Shown piece after piece: positions 23,750-35,177 of a stretch of DNA of 58,573 nt (within the stretch, counting starts at the first letter, position 1; each line of letters opens with the position of its first letter). Origin of the DNA: Alloascoidea hylecoeti (taxonomy: Eukaryota); contig BCKZ01000003.1 in NCBI GenBank assembly GCA_001600815.1, positions 1,413,474-1,472,046 of the forward strand. The letters are read 5' to 3'. The translations under genes were made by a program, and so were the position numbers. The notes beneath the pieces are model-generated. The model had not been told where the DNA came from. It saw only the letters and a program-made list of their open reading frames with translations, and made no database searches.

Positions 23750-25000
23750 ATGTCCTCACACAAAAGCCTTCAGATTACAATCGATTTTGTTTCCGATCTT
23801 CCTAATGAAATATCTGAAATAATCTTCTTAGATTTGCCAATTACAACTTTATTCATTTGTAGGAGAGTATCTAAATCATGGAAACAAATAGTCGAAAAGG
23901 ATGATATATGGAGATCAAAGTTTCAAGATCAAAAATATTGGAAATACTATCATGATGAATTAGAAACTGATTCGTGGTATGAACTATACAAGGAACTTTA
24001 CCTTTTGGAATCAAATTGGAAAAATGGTAAATTTACAAAGCATAAATTAAGTGGTCATTTTGCCGAAACACAATGTGTTAAATTTTTTAAAAACTGGATT
24101 ATAACTGGTTCAAAAGATTGCACAATAAGAATTTGGGACAATGAAACTTTTCATTGTTTAAGAATATTAGGTAAACCAAATATTGAGAATTTAAGAGAAG
24201 AATTATCAGAAATGGAAGAAGTGGGATCAACAATAAATGAAGATATCAAATTTCATTTGGTTGAAGTTAATTGTATAGATATCAATGACAAATATTTGGT
24301 TTCTGGTTCATGTGATGGTTCCTGTATAATTTGGGAATTACCAGATTTTAAATCAATAGATCGTCTGATAATATCATCACAAAGAAGTTTGGGTATAAAT
24401 GATATCGCTTTATATAATGATTATATTGTAGGTTGCAATGATGATTATATTGAGATTTGGAAATCAAGTCTTGATAATTTAGATCAACTTCAATTTAATT
24501 TACAACACCGTTTACACGGAGGAGGTTACGGTAGTGATATTCGCATTAATAATGGCATTCTTTATAGTAGAAGGTATTACACTGTGACAACCTGGAATAT
24601 TGAAACTGGTCAAATAATCCAAGAATACCGATTTGATCTTATAAGTCGCGTTAGAGTAAATGATCAATACTTGATTGTTGGTCTAAGCAACAAAGTAACA
24701 GTTTTGGATTTGCACACAAATAAAGAAAATACTTTATCAGATAAACCAGTATATGATTTATGCGTAATTAATAACAAAATTATTTCTGTTGATGATGATT
24801 GTACTATTAAGATTTGGAATTTGAAGGATCTAAAATTATTAAAAGAATTTAAGAATTCAAAACATAGAAAATTAAATTTATGGCCTGTTTTTTCAATCAG
24901 TGCTGATTCAAAAAGACTGGCTGCCTTTACTATGGAAGGTGATATTGTTATTTATGATTTTACTGAAAATTTGCGGGAAAAATATTTAAAACATTTATAA
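23750..25000 (+). CDS. F-box/WD40 protein, family copy 6 (intact, 416 aa)
   Basis: F-box, LSGHFAETQCVKFFKNWIITGSKDCTIRIWD, LVSGSCDGSCIIW; ends IYDFTENLREKYLKHL. Confidence 0.92.
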   Translation: MSSHKSLQITIDFVSDLPNEISEIIFLDLPITTLFICRRVSKSWKQIVEKDDIWRSKFQDQKYWKYYHDELETDSWYELYKELYLLESNWKNGKFTKHKLSGHFAETQCVKFFKNWIITGSKDCTIRIWDNETFHCLRILGKPNIENLREELSEMEEVGSTINEDIKFHLVEVNCIDINDKYLVSGSCDGSCIIWELPDFKSIDRLIISSQRSLGINDIALYNDYIVGCNDDYIEIWKSSLDNLDQLQFNLQHRLHGGGYGSDIRINNGILYSRRYYTVTTWNIETGQIIQEYRFDLISRVRVNDQYLIVGLSNKVTVLDLHTNKENTLSDKPVYDLCVINNKIISVDDDCTIKIWNLKDLKLLKEFKNSKHRKLNLWPVFSISADSKRLAAFTMEGDIVIYDFTENLREKYLKHL

Positions 25001-25476
25001 TCTACTGGAAATTGAGAATTAACATTGATTGTATTTATGAATTATATTCATTTTATGATTATAACCTCTTTTAACATAAGTACTTATAATTTATTATATA
25101 GACGCTTCTGAAATACAGAGCAACTCGTGTAATATAATTATTAATTACGATCCACGACACCCCTCATAAATTCAATAAAAAACACAATCACAAATACAAT
25201 TCAGAATAACAAACGCAAACAAAATTATTCACAAATACAAATACAGCTCCAACACAAATAGAACTCAAACACAAACACAATCAAAAACTGATAAGCCAAT
25301 AAGTCTTTTGATAATGTAAATTCAAGTGAATATTATTACTACTCACAAACACGTAGATTCATCACTTTTCTAGATTTAAGAACAGGGTAAAAACTCTTAG
25401 TCCCTTTTTTGATTTCCATTTGTTATTGGAAAAAGTCAACTGTTTTAATAACAACAATCAGTTTAAAAATTACAGT

Positions 25477-26148
25477 ATGTCCGTACAACAAAATCCTGAA
25501 ACCACAATTGATCCTGTTTATATTCTCCCCAATGAAATATTCGAAGTAATATTCTCAGATTTGCCAATAACAACTTTATTCATTTGTAGGAGAGTTTCTA
25601 AATCATGGAAACACATAGTTGAAGATGATGGCATATGGAGATCAAAGTTTCATCAAATATATTGGGAATACCATAATGATGATGGCGAAACAGATTCATG
25701 GTATGAATTATACAAGGAACGTCATATTTTGGAATCAAATTGGAAAAATGGTAAATTCAGACAGTATAAATTAAGTGGTCATTCTGACGACACATTATGT
25801 GTTAAAAGTTTTAAAAACTGGATTATAACTGGTTCAAAAGATTGCACAATAAGAATTTGGGATAATGAAACTTTTGAATGTTTAAGAGTTTTAGGTGAAC
25901 CAAATCTTGATATTTTAAAACAGTTAGGTATTCTAAATCTTCAGCTTTTAAGAGAACTTTTATCAGAATTGGAGGTATACGAAATAATAAAAGGTATTAA
26001 AATTAGGTTTCATATGGATGAAATTAATTGTTTGGATATTAATAAAAAGTATTTGGCTTCTGGTTCATGGGATGGTACTTGTATAATTTGGAAATTACCG
26101 GATTTTGAACCAATAGATCGTTTTGTAACACCACAAAAAAGATTTTGA
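25477..26148 (+). pseudogene. F-box/WD40 family copy 7, 3'-truncated after the second WD repeat (open 223-codon frame)
   Basis: ATG at 25477 (MSVQQNP). F-box and two WD repeats are intact, then family homology stops abruptly at about 26140. Confidence 0.8.
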
Positions 26149-27181
26149 AATCAACTAAGTGGATTGTAAAAGCTTACTCCTGGAATTAGTTTGAGTGCCT
26201 CGCCAGACTGTGGTGATTTAGCCGTTTTCAATACTGCTACTCCATCTTTAATTCTATACTATTACTAGTCATATTATTAAGAACTCCAAAATTTAGTGGC
26301 CGAGATATTGCTGTTTTTTCGGTATTAAGAAATCTGTCCCAAATGGCCAACCAGTCTCTAGATAGTGTAAATTTAAGTAGAATTTACTCACAGAAAAGTA
26401 AAATGCGTAATATAGTGGATAATTATTCTTTTTCACTTATATCTAAATTCATTAAGTGCAATAATCTTATAAGGCCCTTATCTTTGAAATAGTGAATGAA
26501 GCTCGTAACCTGTTTTATAAATGAGTCATTCTATTCTTGACGTATAGTAACAGATCCTGAAATATAAGCTAGTTTTAGTTGCTTTCCTTTTAATCGACTA
26601 TTATCAAATACACGGTTGTTTAATAAATGTTAATAGTAATCATAATAAAAACAACATTACAATTCCATTAGAATTTTTAAAAAACTATAAACTGCCAAGC
26701 GTCATATGAAAGGTATTTAATGAACTTGAGACCAGTTAGGAAGAGAATAGATTAAGATGAATTAAGGAACTAAGAAATGGATTATAGTCGCGGCGTTACA
26801 TTTAAATTTATTGAAAACATCGTAAACAACAATCATAAATCAACTAAATGGTTAGAAATACAATTCATGACCTAGATCATTGATATATGGTATATAGCTT
26901 ACTTTTATTATTCATTATGTTCATATTTCCAATATTTATAATTACCTTAATGCATATATCTAGGGAAATATTATTAAACAAATTAGAAATAATGTTTCAT
27001 AAACTGAAAGAATTACCAGAGATAAATAAAAACCAATATACCTAAAAATGATTAAGGTTTCCACGATATTTTCAAGTAAAGTTTCTGAGCAAACAAAGTT
27101 CGTGGCATCTGCCACCTAATATCTACACCCGATTTGATGCTTATAATTATATTCAACTAATACCTGGATTAACATTATACT

Positions 27182-27400
27182 TTGTGTCCTGATGAAGGAG
27201 TGCTGAGGTTTTATTCAAAGGAACTTCTGTATCTTTCCCGGGATCTTTATTCTTTTCAAGTTTCGATAACATCTTCAGAACTCTATCATTGGGTGTTGAG
27301 TTCTTCAATTTTAATGTTGATCTCCTCTTTGAATCTGTTCAAAAATCCAATCTGGAAGATCAAGCTCCTTATTTTTACTTTATCTCACATTGTAAAATTT
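27182..27400 (-). repeat. Degenerate copy of the coiled-coil module found at 41830-42060
   Basis: Reverse complement contains AACATTAAAATTGAAGAACTCAACACC, identical to the sequence near 41912-41938. Similarity extends about 100 bp on each side. Confidence 0.75.
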
Positions 27401-28321
27401 AGTTAAACAAATATTTCTTTAACGCCAACTACTCTAGAATTATTTATTTATAAATTATTATTATTATTAACATTAATTAACTCAAGTCATCAACATGCAG
27501 AGCAAGCACATATATTTATTTGTGACTGATATCGATACTACTAATCAAAAACTTTTAAATTTCTAATAAACAAAGAGCATAAAAAAGAAAGAAGAATAAC
27601 GTTATAATTTATAATTAATATTGGAAGGTATGCACAAAGTCTGCATCATTGTGCATAAAGCTCAAATTTATATCATATCAGGCTACGGGAGCAGAGATCT
27701 CTCCACTTTTTAACAATAAGTTGATTTTGATTGGGCTATGATTAGACATCTTCAATAGAAGTAATGCCTTTAAACATTTTTTTTAGCCTTGGCAAAGAGC
27801 TCCTATTTTTGAGTTCACTACTTATATTGATGCATGGACCTGAATTGTTAATGGTTGAATTTGTTACAATTGATTTCCCAGGACCTGGATCGTTATGTAT
27901 TGTGGTTCTGCTTAGAGTCGGTGATCATTTGATGAAGGTTTCATTGTGTCACAATTACAGAACCTAATAATATAGAGAATAATACTGACCATATTCGGGA
28001 GATGCCCTTTCTTTAACTGCCTTAGAAATAACCTTTGATGTACCATTTGCCGCATTTCTTCTTAAATTGTGCATTTTTAAAGCCGAGCCATATATTTTCT
28101 GATCCTGAACCTTGTGTATTTCTAGAATTGAGTATCATGCCATTATGGTTGATGTGTTTCGGAGAAGTTGTGACATGATTGATATATCAGCTTTATTATT
28201 CGACAGTTATTGTTGAAATCTAGACATTCATACCAATGCATGATCTATATAAGAACAATTATTTCTGCTCTCTATCACCATTAATTTAATAATATTATAG
28301 TATTTTATTGATTTTAACATA

Positions 28322-29512
28322 ATGACACTTACTTCAGCACAGATCCAAATTATTAAAGACACAATTCCAGCCCTTAAGAAAAGCGGTACACTTATCACCA
28401 AAACAATGTATCAATACATGTTTGATACTCATCCCGAAGTTGTTCCTCTTTTCAATCAACAACATCAAAAAACATTAGCACAGCCAAATATTTTAGCATT
28501 TTCACTTTTGAAGTATGCTGAAAATATTGAAGATTTGGCGCCAATTAAAACTTTTGTTAATCAAATTGTGGAAAAACATGTTGGTCTTAGAATTTTACCT
28601 GAACATTACCCTATTGTTGGAGCTTCAATTCTTCATACTTTGAAAACACTTCTTGGTGATGGAGCTACTGAAGAATTTCTTGCTGCATGGGGAGCTGCCT
28701 ATGGTGATTTGGCTCAAATTTTAATTGATGCGGAAGCAAATGTTTACAAACAAACTTCTGAGAAAATCGGTGGATGGGAAGGTTTCAGAGATTTTTCAAT
28801 TGAGAAAGTTAAGGTTGAATGTTCCGATGTGCATTCTTTATACTTAAAACCTACAAATGGAAAACCAGTTTCTATTCCTTTACCAGGTCAATATATTACA
28901 GTAAAAGCTATAATTGATGGAGCTGAACAAAGAAGACAATACTCTGTGTCTCAAACGGTCAATAAGACTGATAAATCATATCGTATCTCTGTTAGATTAA
29001 TTCTAGGTGGGGTTATGTCAACATATTTGCACACACTTAATGCTGGAGATAAACTTGAAATACTTCCTCCTTGTGGACCTTTTATTTACGATAAAGAATC
29101 TGCAAATGAAAATATAGTGCTCATTGGTGGTGGTATTGGTATTACACCTTTAATTTCAATTTCAGAGGCAGCCATCGCTCAAAACAAGTACATTACGTTT
29201 CTTGGTTCTTATAGATCACCAGCTACTCATCCATTTTCAGATTGGTTAAAATCTAAAACATCTACAAATTTTAAATCTCTTTTGTTTTATTCCAAGACAG
29301 ATGAAGGAAATACATTTGATATCAGCAAGAAAGGTAGAATAACAAAAGATGATTTAGCCTTGATTGAAAACTTGGAATCTTCTGATATATATCTTCTTGG
29401 ACCTGAAAGTTTTATGATGGATATGAAGAAATATCTCATTGAACTGGGTGTTAATAGTGATGTCATCAAATTCGAAACCTTTGCACCAGCAGTTCCTGCT
29501 TTACTTGGATGA
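28322..29512 (+). CDS. YHB1: Flavohemoglobin (nitric oxide dioxygenase)
   Basis: Globin domain (HPEVVPLFN, IVEKHVGLRILPEHYPIVG), FAD domain (PGQYI, RQYS), NAD domain (GGIGITP, GPESFM, FETF). Confidence 0.96.
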   Translation: MTLTSAQIQIIKDTIPALKKSGTLITKTMYQYMFDTHPEVVPLFNQQHQKTLAQPNILAFSLLKYAENIEDLAPIKTFVNQIVEKHVGLRILPEHYPIVGASILHTLKTLLGDGATEEFLAAWGAAYGDLAQILIDAEANVYKQTSEKIGGWEGFRDFSIEKVKVECSDVHSLYLKPTNGKPVSIPLPGQYITVKAIIDGAEQRRQYSVSQTVNKTDKSYRISVRLILGGVMSTYLHTLNAGDKLEILPPCGPFIYDKESANENIVLIGGGIGITPLISISEAAIAQNKYITFLGSYRSPATHPFSDWLKSKTSTNFKSLLFYSKTDEGNTFDISKKGRITKDDLALIENLESSDIYLLGPESFMMDMKKYLIELGVNSDVIKFETFAPAVPALLG

Positions 29513-29773
29513 TCATTGGTTATAATAATTAGCTATTTATAAATAGTTATACACGTGAAAACTTTTTAAGAAATGAAATGTCATCTATTGCCATATAAAA
29601 AGGACCTTATAGTTATTTATATTAATGTAAATCAGGTTAATATTCGAGATATTTATTTAATATGCATAAAATCATTAAATTGGCAATTGTGTATTAAGCT
29701 ATTTAGATTATTACGTATACATTGTAAGTTCATTAAGTACAATCATATATTATTTTAAAATTTTTCAATTATA

Positions 29774-31213
29774 TCATTTTGCCAATTGTCGTTTGGAAAA
29801 AATATTTCCCGGATTATTATCCTGGTGATCGAATTGACGTTTTGTACCGATTATACTTATACTCGGTAGTCTACAAGATTCCTTTCCTTTGGAAAGATTA
29901 TTCAGACTTATAGCGTTAGGCAAATTGAATATACTTGATGTGATTTGTGAATTGCAGACATCATCCTTATTTTTATTTTCGTTTTCATTTTCGTTGACGT
30001 TGTTTGAAGATGAAGAGTCATCAACTGTATCTTTTAATGGACTTCTATTATTAATGCCATTAACCATATTTTCTAATCTCTTTATCTCCAGCTTTATTTC
30101 TTGACCTTGTCGATATATTTGATCTGAAAACATATGAATCATCTGTTGATTCTGTATTTGGATCATTTCATTAAGACGCTCAAACATTGTATTATTCTGC
30201 TCCAGGACTGTATTTACCACATGCTTAAGATTATTAGTATTAACATCATTCACTTCTTTCACGAGATGTTGAGCGTCTAGATTAAAGTTTGGTGATAATA
30301 ATGTAGACTGTATTCTATTAGTAGACAAATTTATCTCTTGTTGAATATTGGAGCTCGTTCTTTGAAATTGATTCATTAGTTCTTCCACTTTGTGAGAAAA
30401 AGGATCCAATGGCGTTCGAATTTCGCGAGGAACATTTAATATAGAAGGAGATATATTTGGTCTTGACGGTACCAAAGTATTATGATCAGTAATATCACAT
30501 GGAGCGCTTGAATCTCTTGATAAATCATTTTGGTGTTGAGTCTGTGGGTCAAAAGTCATATTTGCTGAACCTTCACTCAATACCTCATTCTTACCCTTCT
30601 TCTTGTCTTTCTTCCTTTTCTTGCTCTCCTTTTTATATAGAAAATCGCTGATCTCTTTCATCATATTATAGTAAGGTAATCTTTTGGATAATACCTCGGA
30701 TGTTACGTTTTGTTCCATTTCCCTAAAACCTTCCAACAAGCCAATGAAATGGCGTTGGCAAGTCCTTCCTGAGGGGATAGGGGTATCTTCTTTTTCTAAT
30801 CCCTTTTCAATGGTTTCTTTATGAAATCTAGCCGCGAAATCAATCCACTGTGAAGTAGTTGTTCCATGAGTAACATCGTATGTTTCTAGCTCCTTTAAAA
30901 CGAGTACGAAAACTTCGTTATGCCTCCTTTTAAATTTGAATCTATTCGTTAACTCGTGTCTTTTGTTGGGTTGTTGACCGACAACTGTTTTGTCTTGATG
31001 AACATCTTCCCCATCGCCAGGATGATTTTCTACGATGGGTAATACATCCGATCTATTTTCATTAATATTATTGTTTGTAATGTTGCTGTTCTCCAGATTC
31101 TGACCTTTGCCGTTTTCTGGAAGTTGCTCAACTGGAACAAACACTGGAACTGTTCGCCCATCTACCGCATTGTTTGTATCAACCGATGGGCAAACCATTA
31201 AATCCCCAGACAT
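29774..31213 (-). CDS. 479-aa protein with a probable Myb/SANT-like (trihelix) DNA-binding domain and a coiled coil
   Basis: Long ORF. Segment FKFKRRHNEVFVLVLKE...QWIDFAARF...GRTCQRHFIGLLEGF has Myb/SANT-like spacing, followed by a basic NLS-like tract (KKRKKDKKK). The domain call is tentative. Confidence 0.7.
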   Translation of the reverse strand: MSGDLMVCPSVDTNNAVDGRTVPVFVPVEQLPENGKGQNLENSNITNNNINENRSDVLPIVENHPGDGEDVHQDKTVVGQQPNKRHELTNRFKFKRRHNEVFVLVLKELETYDVTHGTTTSQWIDFAARFHKETIEKGLEKEDTPIPSGRTCQRHFIGLLEGFREMEQNVTSEVLSKRLPYYNMMKEISDFLYKKESKKRKKDKKKGKNEVLSEGSANMTFDPQTQHQNDLSRDSSAPCDITDHNTLVPSRPNISPSILNVPREIRTPLDPFSHKVEELMNQFQRTSSNIQQEINLSTNRIQSTLLSPNFNLDAQHLVKEVNDVNTNNLKHVVNTVLEQNNTMFERLNEMIQIQNQQMIHMFSDQIYRQGQEIKLEIKRLENMVNGINNRSPLKDTVDDSSSSNNVNENENENKNKDDVCNSQITSSIFNLPNAISLNNLSKGKESCRLPSISIIGTKRQFDHQDNNPGNIFSKRQLAK

Positions 31214-31461
31214 CTCTATCTAAGCTTCTATTTTTTTTATAAAAATGTATATTTTCAAAAACCTGGGGTGTTTTTGGGGTTTTCCATCAGAAAGGTCACG
31301 TGGGTGAATTATCACGAGAAATGGCATAGAAATGAAAGATAACGAACAAGCACATATTATTATACGGACGCAAACTTTTTATATTGTATATAAATATGAA
31401 TATATCCCTTCAAATCTTAATTCTTGAATCTTATAGTTAATTATATATCGGCTGAAAAAAA

Positions 31462-33211
31462 ATGAATAATTTAAGGAATTGCAAGCAGGTGTTTCGATCT
31501 GTTCGACCTCGGTACTATTCTACCGGTACCATTCCAAAATCAAGTTCAAGTTCTTCAATTCGTGTGTATCACTCTTATTACTAATTCAAAACATGTCAAT
31601 ATTAACCTATAACTTATAGGTAATGTTTTATTATTGGGTGCTGGAATAGCGACTGGTACACTGGGTACTTATCAATATTTGAAAAGTAACCCCATACCAG
31701 TAATACAACAAAATCATATTTCCCCACTATCATCAATTTCTCCGTTGTCCGGCTTAAAATCACCACAATACGGGTCGGATGAAGATTTTCACAAAGCATT
31801 CGATGAATTAGAAAAGCTTTTAGGTAGTGAACATATTTCAAAAAGTAAAGATGAAATTGAAGCACACTCTGATAACTTTTGGCTATGTCATCATCCTGAA
31901 CCAGATGAAAGACCTCATGTTATTGCTTTTCCGGCTGATACGGAAGAGGTTTCTAAAATAGTTAAAGTTGCCCATAAATATAGAGTCCCAGTGGTTCCTT
32001 ATTCCGGAGGAACATCACTTGAAGGACAATTTGTTTCTACAAGAGGAGGAATAGTTATTGATTTAAGAAGGCTTAATAAGATTTTGTCACTTCATGCCGA
32101 AGATTTAGATATAACCGTACAACCAGCAGTTGGATGGCAAGACCTAGCGGAGTATCTGTCACCACATGGTTTACTATTTGGACCAGATCCTGGACCAGGA
32201 GCAGCAATTGGAGGAATGATTGGAACATCTTGTTCAGGTACTAATGCTGCCAGATACGGTACAATGAAAGAGAATGTCATCAGTATAACCGCTGTCTTAC
32301 CAGACGGTACCATCATCAAGACAAAACGAAGACCTCAAAAATCTGCTGCGGGTTATAATCTTACCGGCTTGTTAATAGGCTCAGAAGGTACATTGGGAAT
32401 TGTAACCGAGGCTACATTAAAACTATACGTTAAACCTGCGCATGAAATCATTGCACTTGCAAATTTCAAAACTATTGAAGATGCTTGTAAATCTGTTTCT
32501 GAGATTAAGACTCATGGTATTCAAGTAAATGCTGTTGAATTATTAGATGATGCTATGATGAGGACAATTAATGAAGTAGGTGCAGCATCAAGGAAATTTA
32601 AAGAACAACACACATTAGCATTTAAAATTGGAGGTTCAAAAGATACAATTAAAAGTCTAATAAATACAGTTCAAAAAATTACAAAAGACAATGGATCTAC
32701 AAATTTCGAGTTTGCTACAGAAGAAAAAGAGAAAGAAGAACTCTGGGAAGCTAGAAAGTATGCTTTATGGTCGACCATTGATTTAGGTAAAAGAAAAAAT
32801 CCTAATGTTAATGCTTGGGCTACTGATGTAGTCGTTCCATTTAGTCAATTGCCTCGTGTTATTAAAGAAACTGTTGAAGATATTAAAGATTCTGGTTTGA
32901 CTGCTACAGTTGTTGGACATGTAGGAGATGGAAACTTTCATGCAATCTTAGTTTTCGATCCAAAGGAAAGGGGAACCGCTATTACTTTAGTCAACAAAAT
33001 GGTTGAAAGAGCTATAGCTGCAGATGGTACTTGTACAGGTGAACATGGTGTGGGTATTGCAAAACGAGGATACTTAGAACAAGAATTGTCTGTTGAAACA
33101 ATTGATTTTATGCGAAATATTAAAAAGTCTATTGATCCGTTGAATATATTTAATCCAGATAAAGTATTTCAGATTGATCCAAATGAACCAAATAAAAAAC
33201 ATCATCATTAA
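31462..33211 (+). CDS. DLD1: Mitochondrial D-lactate dehydrogenase (cytochrome), 2 exons: 31462-31561 and 31620-33211
   Basis: Arg-rich presequence in exon 1; 58-nt intron GTGTGT...TATTAAC...TAG joins in frame. FAD-oxidase motifs SGGTSLEG, GSEGTLG, GHVGDGNFH, GEHGVG. Confidence 0.93.
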
Positions 33212-34089
33212 AATTATATATTATACTTGAAACAATAGAATTAAGAACTATAGAACCCGCATGCATCTAGATAAAATTTCTTAATATATTAATTAGACAT
33301 GTATATATACTATAAAATTATTATATTGGTATAAGTTAAGTATTAAATTAAAAGTTTTTCCGTGTTCTTGATATTTACCCCGAAATAATTATAAATCTTT
33401 AATATAATTATAAAAAAGTTTCAATCTTAATTAGTTATAGCATTGCAAATAAAGGACCTAATTCAATGGATCTTCAAAAACTAATTATAATTAATTATGC
33501 AACTTAACGAATTAAGAGAGATGCCCAATCGAAAAAAATCTAAATATGGAGTTAAATATATAGACTCTAAGGTAATGCAATGACAATGTAAAGTGAAGGT
33601 TAAGATTACGGTGGCACCAACAGGATGGACCGTGTTACGAAGGGAAAGATAATCAATAGCAGGATTGTCTGAAGGATCGAAAACACAATCATCAATAAGT
33701 TAACCATAAATGGAGATCTCTCTCAAATGATCTATAATCACGACTCTTCTTTGTTCTTAGCTGTAATAGTTGTTGATTAAATATTTCACTTGTATAGACC
33801 AAAAATTTGGTAATTTCTCTACTCAAAACGTACTAATTAATTATAAATAAGATTTTCCGATCAAAATTGGGACTGTAGACGGTGTACTAATATACTCGGA
33901 TATAATTGCTTCTCCTATATTTTTTTTTCTTCTATACATTATTTTATATTAAAGGATAACTCTTTAAGCTAAATTACTAAGTTTGACTTATAGAAAGTTA
34001 ATTTGATTGACCTGATTTGAATTAATTCAAGAATTCGATCCACCGTGGAGCGCGGTGTAGTTCTAATTAGTTTCTTTATTTATATCTTA

Positions 34090-34352
34090 TAAAGAGATTT
34101 TGATTTTTGGGATTCTCTGGAGTAACGGGTTATTTTCTTTGGTACTTTATTACTTCCTTCACTGAGATTATCATTTCTCAAAATGGGAATCTCCTTCTCC
34201 TTTAAATTGCTAACCACTTTTACCCTTTTAAGCTGATGTTGAATGTTATGAATCTGCCTAGAAGGTTTGTCGGTTTTCTGTGAGATACTATTGTTTGGAT
34301 TTGTACGATTAACCCGTTACTCCAAAGGATCCCAAAAATCACAATCTCTTTA
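34090..34352. mobile_element. 263-bp element bounded by 43-bp inverted repeats (MITE-like)
   Basis: TAAAGAGATTTTGATTTTTGGGATTCTCTGGAGTAACGGGTTA (34090-34132) matches the reverse complement of 34310-34352 with 3 mismatches. The 8-bp flanks are ATATCTTA and CTGTCTTA. Confidence 0.6.
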
Positions 34353-34399
34353 CTGTCTTAGTAAACGATACGATACCTGATTGTAATTGGCTGGTCATG

Positions 34400-35177
34400 A
34401 AATGGATTCAACAAAAAATGACCTGTTGCTGTTGAAAATACCCGAGTATCGTATCATATGACAAATTCAAAAAGGTGGAGTATATAAAATTTTGCATGAG
34501 ATGTTGCTACTTTCTTTGGAAATGCACATTCTTCCCTGATTTTAAAAAGTAGAGTGCATAAGCTTTGACTTCTTCTTCTGTTCTAATTTCAATTCCCATT
34601 CCGTAATATGAAATGATTTTCTTAATAGTAGGGATAAAGTCATCTTTATCAAACATAGGTGCTGTAACCTTAAATATGACAAATTGACCATTAAAGTTTC
34701 GCTGAAAAGCGTTCAGGAATACGAGGGTCCAGTGATATTCGCCATACATTCAGCAAAGGCCAGTTTTGTATGTTCTGGTACTAACTCAGATGTTGAAGGT
34801 AACCGTTTCTTTAAGCCAAAGGCTACTAAGGTAATCGGATTTTTATGGACAACAATATTGATCAAATTTAAAAGATCTTGATAGTTAGTTGAGAGCCATC
34901 ATTTACTTTCCTCCTTGGCTTCTTCCTTTTTAATAGAATCTGCTCCTACAATTCTATTTGATTATCTCATAACCGTTTGGTTTAGATGGACTACTGTTTT
35001 CCGCAAATGGAATAAGTTCCTTCGCTGGAGGATCCGAATTGGTTTTAGAAAGAGTTGGTCTGCCTTGATTAGATTAGTTTGAAAAAACATTTTCCGTAAA
35101 TTTATGGAATCATTTGTTGAATGAGCAACTAATTTAGGAAGATCAGGTTTATTGTTGATGTTATTGTTATTCATCAT
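34400..35177 (-). mobile_element. Possible non-LTR retrotransposon ORF1 (gag-like) remnant
   Basis: Broken coding-like frames: APMFDKDDFIPTIKKIISYYGMGIEIR...AYAL followed by YTPPF*ICH, resembling the RRM-like plus zinc-knuckle layout of fungal L1-like ORF1. Weak. Confidence 0.3.

Noticed and set aside
22870..25290. CRISPR-like or telomeric repeat in the CA-rich tracts (22870-22940, 25180-25290)
   Set aside because: Low-complexity ACAAAT/ACACAA runs with no regular repeat-spacer or fixed unit; eukaryotic context.
26504..26800. Solo LTR (CGTAAC...GTTACA)
   Set aside because: Termini are suggestive, but there is no target-site duplication and no second copy in the window.
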